This document shows positions 60,231-64,000 of a stretch of 64,000 nucleotides of DNA, piece after piece (position 1 is the first letter of the stretch; each line of letters opens with the position of its first letter). The notes under the pieces were generated by a model. It was not told where the DNA came from and made no database searches. It worked only from the letters and a program-made list of their open reading frames with translations. This DNA comes from a virus: the IMG/VR virus record IMGVR_UViG_3300032897_000003, positions 14,930-78,929 of that record, one strand, 5' to 3'. The translations under genes were made by a program, and so were the position numbers.

Positions 60231-61877
60231 ATGGCAAGCGGAATCACACGCGACATCGGGGCACCAAATCGAATCATCGACACCGTGGCCGATAAGGAGC
60301 TGGTCATGGAGCGAGACCGACGTCTCGGCTTGACCGAACGGCAGGTGGAGCTCAATCGGCGGTATGCCTATTACCGCACCCAGCAGTACGATACGTGCAT
60401 GGTGGACTGGGACGGAAGCCAGCACGCAGACACGCTGACGAGGGAGTCGATTGCCTCTCAGGCCGTGTTGCCTCCCGGCTATCAGGATCCGGGCGGGGGG
60501 CTGGCCAACCTGCCGCTGCGGTATCGCCGCCCGAGCGCTCCCGCCCAATTGGGCAAGGTCGTGGTGGATCGGTTCAGCGATCTGCTGTTCAGCGAGCAGC
60601 AGAACCCACTGTGGAAGGTGCCTGGCGATGCCGACACCGAAGCATGGTGCCAGGAGGTCACCAAGCGATACATGCTCATGTCCACGGCCGCTCTGTGCAG
60701 GAGCATGGGCGGAGCAATGGGCACGGCGGTGATAGGCTTCAAGCTCATCAATGGGCGGGTGGTGTTCGAGGAATTCGATGCTCGGTGGTGCTTCCCAAGC
60801 TTCGACGCCAAGGATCCGACCGAGCTCGTGGAGCTTGAGATTAGGTACATGTATCCCAAGGAGGAGCGCGATCCCGAAACGGGAGCTTGGAAGGAGGAGA
60901 GATATTGGTACCGGCGGATCATCGATCGCGAAGTGGACTGTCTCTGGAAAGCGATGCCAGTGGGGGACGGAAGCGAGGAGCCTAATTGGACCGATCCGGC
61001 CACGGTGGACTCGATGGTGAAGCATGACCTTGGCTTCGTGCCAGTGGAGTGGATCCAGAATCTGCGTGTCTCGGGCGACATCGACGGCGACCCCGACGTG
61101 CTCGGCTGCTACGACAATATCGACCGCATCAGCGAGCTGAGGTCGGGCGCCCACAAAGCCGCGCTAAGGAATGCCGACCCGACTCCGCACATCGCGTCCG
61201 ACGGGAGCTTCCAAACTGTGACCCTCGGTAGTGACTCGGCAATCCAGACGGAGAAAGGTGGCCAAGTCGGCTATCTCGAAAGCCAGGGTAGTGGCGCTAA
61301 GACCGCGCTCGAAGTGGCGGCCGAATTCCGCCGTGAGGTGCTCGAGACCTGCGCGTGCGTCCTTCCAGAAGAAGAGAAAGAGGTCGGCTCAGGCAGCCCC
61401 ACGGCGACCGAGATCGTGAAGCGCGTAGCCGCCATGCACGCCAAGGCGAGCAAGCTGCGTGAGCAATATGGAGCCGGCCTGGTGAAGCTCATGCGCAAGC
61501 TCATCACTTCCGTGGTTAAGCTCGGTATGGCGAAGGCGGACGGAGGTCAGATCGTGCGGCGGACGATCGACCTGCCCCAACGCCTAGTCGATGGCAACTG
61601 GCAGGACCACAAGATCGGGGCCACCGCGGGGAAGCACCTGGAATTGGTGTGGCCGCCTTTCTCGGCGCCCACGCCGCAGGACACGGCGACGAAGGTCACG
61701 GCCACGGTGGCAGCGAGAAACGGCCGGGTCATCACGCTTGGCACGGCCGTGCGGCATGTCTCCCCCGACTTCAACATCGAGGACCCGAATCGAGAGGTGG
61801 AGCAGCTGCAGAAGGAGCCCCCGCCCGGTGGTGACCTTGCAGCCCAATCCCTGAAAGAGCTGAACGAGGGGCGTTAG
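60231..61877 (+). CDS. portal protein
   Basis: Follows terL; VVDRFSDLLF, HDLGFVPV motifs; 548 aa. Confidence 0.85.
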   Translation: MASGITRDIGAPNRIIDTVADKELVMERDRRLGLTERQVELNRRYAYYRTQQYDTCMVDWDGSQHADTLTRESIASQAVLPPGYQDPGGGLANLPLRYRRPSAPAQLGKVVVDRFSDLLFSEQQNPLWKVPGDADTEAWCQEVTKRYMLMSTAALCRSMGGAMGTAVIGFKLINGRVVFEEFDARWCFPSFDAKDPTELVELEIRYMYPKEERDPETGAWKEERYWYRRIIDREVDCLWKAMPVGDGSEEPNWTDPATVDSMVKHDLGFVPVEWIQNLRVSGDIDGDPDVLGCYDNIDRISELRSGAHKAALRNADPTPHIASDGSFQTVTLGSDSAIQTEKGGQVGYLESQGSGAKTALEVAAEFRREVLETCACVLPEEEKEVGSGSPTATEIVKRVAAMHAKASKLREQYGAGLVKLMRKLITSVVKLGMAKADGGQIVRRTIDLPQRLVDGNWQDHKIGATAGKHLELVWPPFSAPTPQDTATKVTATVAARNGRVITLGTAVRHVSPDFNIEDPNREVEQLQKEPPPGGDLAAQSLKELNEGR

Positions 61878-61878
61878 C

Positions 61879-63045
61879 GTGATCGGAGCCATCGACTTCG
61901 ACGGCACGGTAGTCAAGCAGGACCGCCCGTATGCTGACGTGACAACGCCGCTCGAATTCATGGAGGGAGCGCGCGAGGCGCTGCTGTCCCTGAAGCGCGC
62001 CGGCCACATCCTGTTGCTGTGGTCTGGCCGGGCAAGCCGAGCGTTGTTGTACGATCCGAACCTCAACCCTCTGGTGCGCGTCGGGGCCGTGCACGTCGAC
62101 CGCCGGGCATGGCTCGAGTCCAAGCCGCTGTACTGGGCGCGCTACCACCAGATGGTGGACTTCGTCAACCGGGAGCTACCCGGCGTGTTCGACGCAATCG
62201 ACGATGGCATTGGCGGAAAGCCGCTCGTGGACTTCATCGTTGACGACAAGGCCTTCGTGATGCGCGGGGCGGCGACCTGGGCGAGGATTGCTCGTCTGTA
62301 CGGCGAGGCGGAGCCGCTCTTCGATGATGGGCCCATGGCTGCTCTGCTCGACCGACCGGTGGAGTCGCTGCAGCTCGTTCCGACCGGAACCCTTGCGGGC
62401 ATCCTGGAGCAGATCCACGGAGAAATGCGCGCCGCCCGTATCACCCACTACCAGCCGAACTATCAGATGGGGCAGGCTGGGTTCTGGGCAGCAGACCGGG
62501 GCACCGTGGTCAACCTGCCGTGGTTTCTCGCGACCGACGAACTGCGAGACCTGGCATTCCAGCGCTACCCCTGGACATGGGAGAACGTCACCAGGGCGAT
62601 TCGGCACGAGGTAGGTCACTCGGTCAACTACGCGTTCGAGCTGTGGCGCCGTCCCGATTGGACTCAGCACTTCGGCGATTTCTTGCTGCCGTACCCGACG
62701 CACCAGCCAGATGGTCCCATCGACGAGAACAACCCTGACTTCGTCCGATACATGACGGATGTCGAGCCGGGCTATGCCCAGCGCCATCCCGACGAGGCAT
62801 GGGCGGAGGCGTTCGCGTGCTGGCTCGACCCGAACAGCAACTGGTGCGAACGATATGAAGCAGGGACCGGCGCGCGAGCCAAGCTCGAGTACATCGACCG
62901 CCTATCCCGAGAGGCGCTGTCGAGTCTGCCGACCAACTTAGATATCGGGCGGCCGAAAACGGATAGGGAGGCCTATGCGGGGCAGACCGTGCGCCAGGCG
63001 CTCGGGATTCTCGACGAGGGCAAATCGCAGGCGGAGCGACAATAA
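61879..63045 (+). CDS. HAD-like domain fused to a zinc metallopeptidase (Peptidase_Mx-like)
   Basis: IDFDGT...FIVDDK, then RHEVGHSVNYAF and YAQRHPDEAWAEAFACWL. Confidence 0.75.
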   Translation: MIGAIDFDGTVVKQDRPYADVTTPLEFMEGAREALLSLKRAGHILLLWSGRASRALLYDPNLNPLVRVGAVHVDRRAWLESKPLYWARYHQMVDFVNRELPGVFDAIDDGIGGKPLVDFIVDDKAFVMRGAATWARIARLYGEAEPLFDDGPMAALLDRPVESLQLVPTGTLAGILEQIHGEMRAARITHYQPNYQMGQAGFWAADRGTVVNLPWFLATDELRDLAFQRYPWTWENVTRAIRHEVGHSVNYAFELWRRPDWTQHFGDFLLPYPTHQPDGPIDENNPDFVRYMTDVEPGYAQRHPDEAWAEAFACWLDPNSNWCERYEAGTGARAKLEYIDRLSREALSSLPTNLDIGRPKTDREAYAGQTVRQALGILDEGKSQAERQ

Positions 63046-63074
63046 TCAATAACCGACGAAAGGATAAGGCCACC

Positions 63075-63512
63075 ATGGGGGAAGCATCCCGACGCAAGCA
63101 CGAGGTACTCCACAGAAAGAAGCTGTTCGACGGGCGCACCGACGCTGTCTCTTTGTGGCGGGCCACGGTCATCGGTAACACGAGGTGCGGCCGGTGCAAG
63201 ACGGCTCGGGCCATCGGTACCATCAACATGTTCTGCCCTGCGTCTGACTTCGAGCGCGCGTTTCCTGCTATCGCTCTGCAGTACGCCACCGAGTGCAAGG
63301 GTAAGATCCCCATCGCCAAGTTCAAGGTCTACGGAGAGATCAAGGACTACGTGGCGATGCCGATACGGTTTTTCTGCGGCGCCTGCCGGAGGGAAATGGA
63401 GGCCTGGTCCGCCCATGCCCCGAGCTACATCGTCACGGAGATCCGGACCGGTCCCGAGCGGGACAAGATCATCGGGCAGGTGCCGAAAAAAATCGAGGTC
63501 GTTCGACAATAA
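63075..63512 (+). CDS. hypothetical zinc-binding protein
   Basis: CGRC...CGAC. Confidence 0.55.
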   Translation: MGEASRRKHEVLHRKKLFDGRTDAVSLWRATVIGNTRCGRCKTARAIGTINMFCPASDFERAFPAIALQYATECKGKIPIAKFKVYGEIKDYVAMPIRFFCGACRREMEAWSAHAPSYIVTEIRTGPERDKIIGQVPKKIEVVRQ

Positions 63513-63519
63513 TCACCAC

Positions 63520-64000
63520 ATGAAAATAGAGCAACTGACGCCAGAACAGACAGAGATCTTGCCGAGCTATCGCAGCGAATGGTTTCGCTGGGGTACTTGC
63601 ACTGATCGCGCGGATCGATCCAAAGCGGAGGCAGCGATCCTTGCGATGCGGGACGAGATCGGCGTAACCAATCGCCCGATTGTCTTGTGGGGACGATCAC
63701 CGCTGGAATGCTTGCTGATCTTGGCGGTCATCAAAAGCAAAGCCTGGCAGGATGTGTGCGGCCAGCTCGGGGGCCAGCTCGGGGGCCAGCTCGGGGACCA
63801 GCTCAGGGACCAGCTCTGGGACCAGCTCAGGGGCCAGCTCGGGGGCCAGCTCAGGGGCCAGCTCGGGGGCCAGCTCAGGGGCCAGCTCGGGGGCCAGCTC
63901 AGGGGCCAGCTCGGGGACCAGCTCAGGGGCCAGCTCTGGGACCAGCTCTGGGACCAGCTCAGGGGCCAGCTCAGGGGCCAGCTCAGGGGCCAGCTCAGGG
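63520..64000 (+). CDS. DUF6745-like protein with tetrapeptide repeats (3'-truncated; not in the supplied ORF track)
   Basis: MKIEQLTPEQ...TDRADRSKAEAAI...W.RSP, then (G/D)QL(G/R/W) repeats. Confidence 0.75.
   Translation, partial: MKIEQLTPEQTEILPSYRSEWFRWGTCTDRADRSKAEAAILAMRDEIGVTNRPIVLWGRSPLECLLILAVIKSKAWQDVCGQLGGQLGGQLGDQLRDQLWDQLRGQLGGQLRGQLGGQLRGQLGGQLRGQLGDQLRGQLWDQLWDQLRGQLRGQLRGQLR
63760..64000 (+). repeat. 12-bp coding tandem repeat G(G/A)CCAGCTC(G/A/T)GG, about 20 copies to the window edge
   Basis: Directly visible in the sequence. Confidence 0.95.

Noticed and set aside
63760-64000. Terminal repeat as a CRISPR or telomere-like array
   Set aside because: The 12-bp unit is in frame with an ORF starting at 63520; it is a coding repeat.
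1-64000. Integrated prophage boundary or integrase
   Set aside because: No integrase, att-like junction or host housekeeping genes seen; lifestyle cannot be determined from this window.

Overview
The whole 64 kb window is a high-GC tailed-phage genome segment with all credible genes on the + strand. It encodes a contractile-tail (myovirus-type) virion. A Myxococcota/deltaproteobacterial host is inferred from a myxobacterial-type SspB and Gly/Thr-rich secreted proteins. Gene order: tail tube end, frameshifted tail chaperone, tape measure, baseplate and fibres (1-16.3 kb); amidase; small early genes and a sigma-like factor; recombination and replication genes (SSAP-like, PD-(D/E)XK exonuclease, SMC-like ATPase, DUF1376 initiator with an internal origin, intein-containing DnaB, intein-containing SNF2 helicase); many accessory genes (RuvC, ParB-like plus glycosyltransferase, Dam, SspB, HslV-like protease); then terminase, portal and a DUF6745-like repeat gene running off the end. 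The main find is at 30770-32574: a stand-alone Cas7/RAMP-like gene and a conserved partner gene, followed directly by a ~520-nt non-coding array. The array is built from 5-nt G(G/T)H-NN units punctuated by 4-nt GGCA/GGCC delimiters into about 12 blocks, and is a candidate non-CRISPR RNA-guided system with a dinucleotide code. Other notable signals: a dispersed CGACAATAAT promoter-like motif, a tRNA-like RNA with no normal anticodon arm, two candidate structured ncRNAs, a 13-bp duplication that breaks an HNH-like gene, and several stand-alone domains that mimic host proteins. All family assignments are from motif recognition by eye; no database searches were run.
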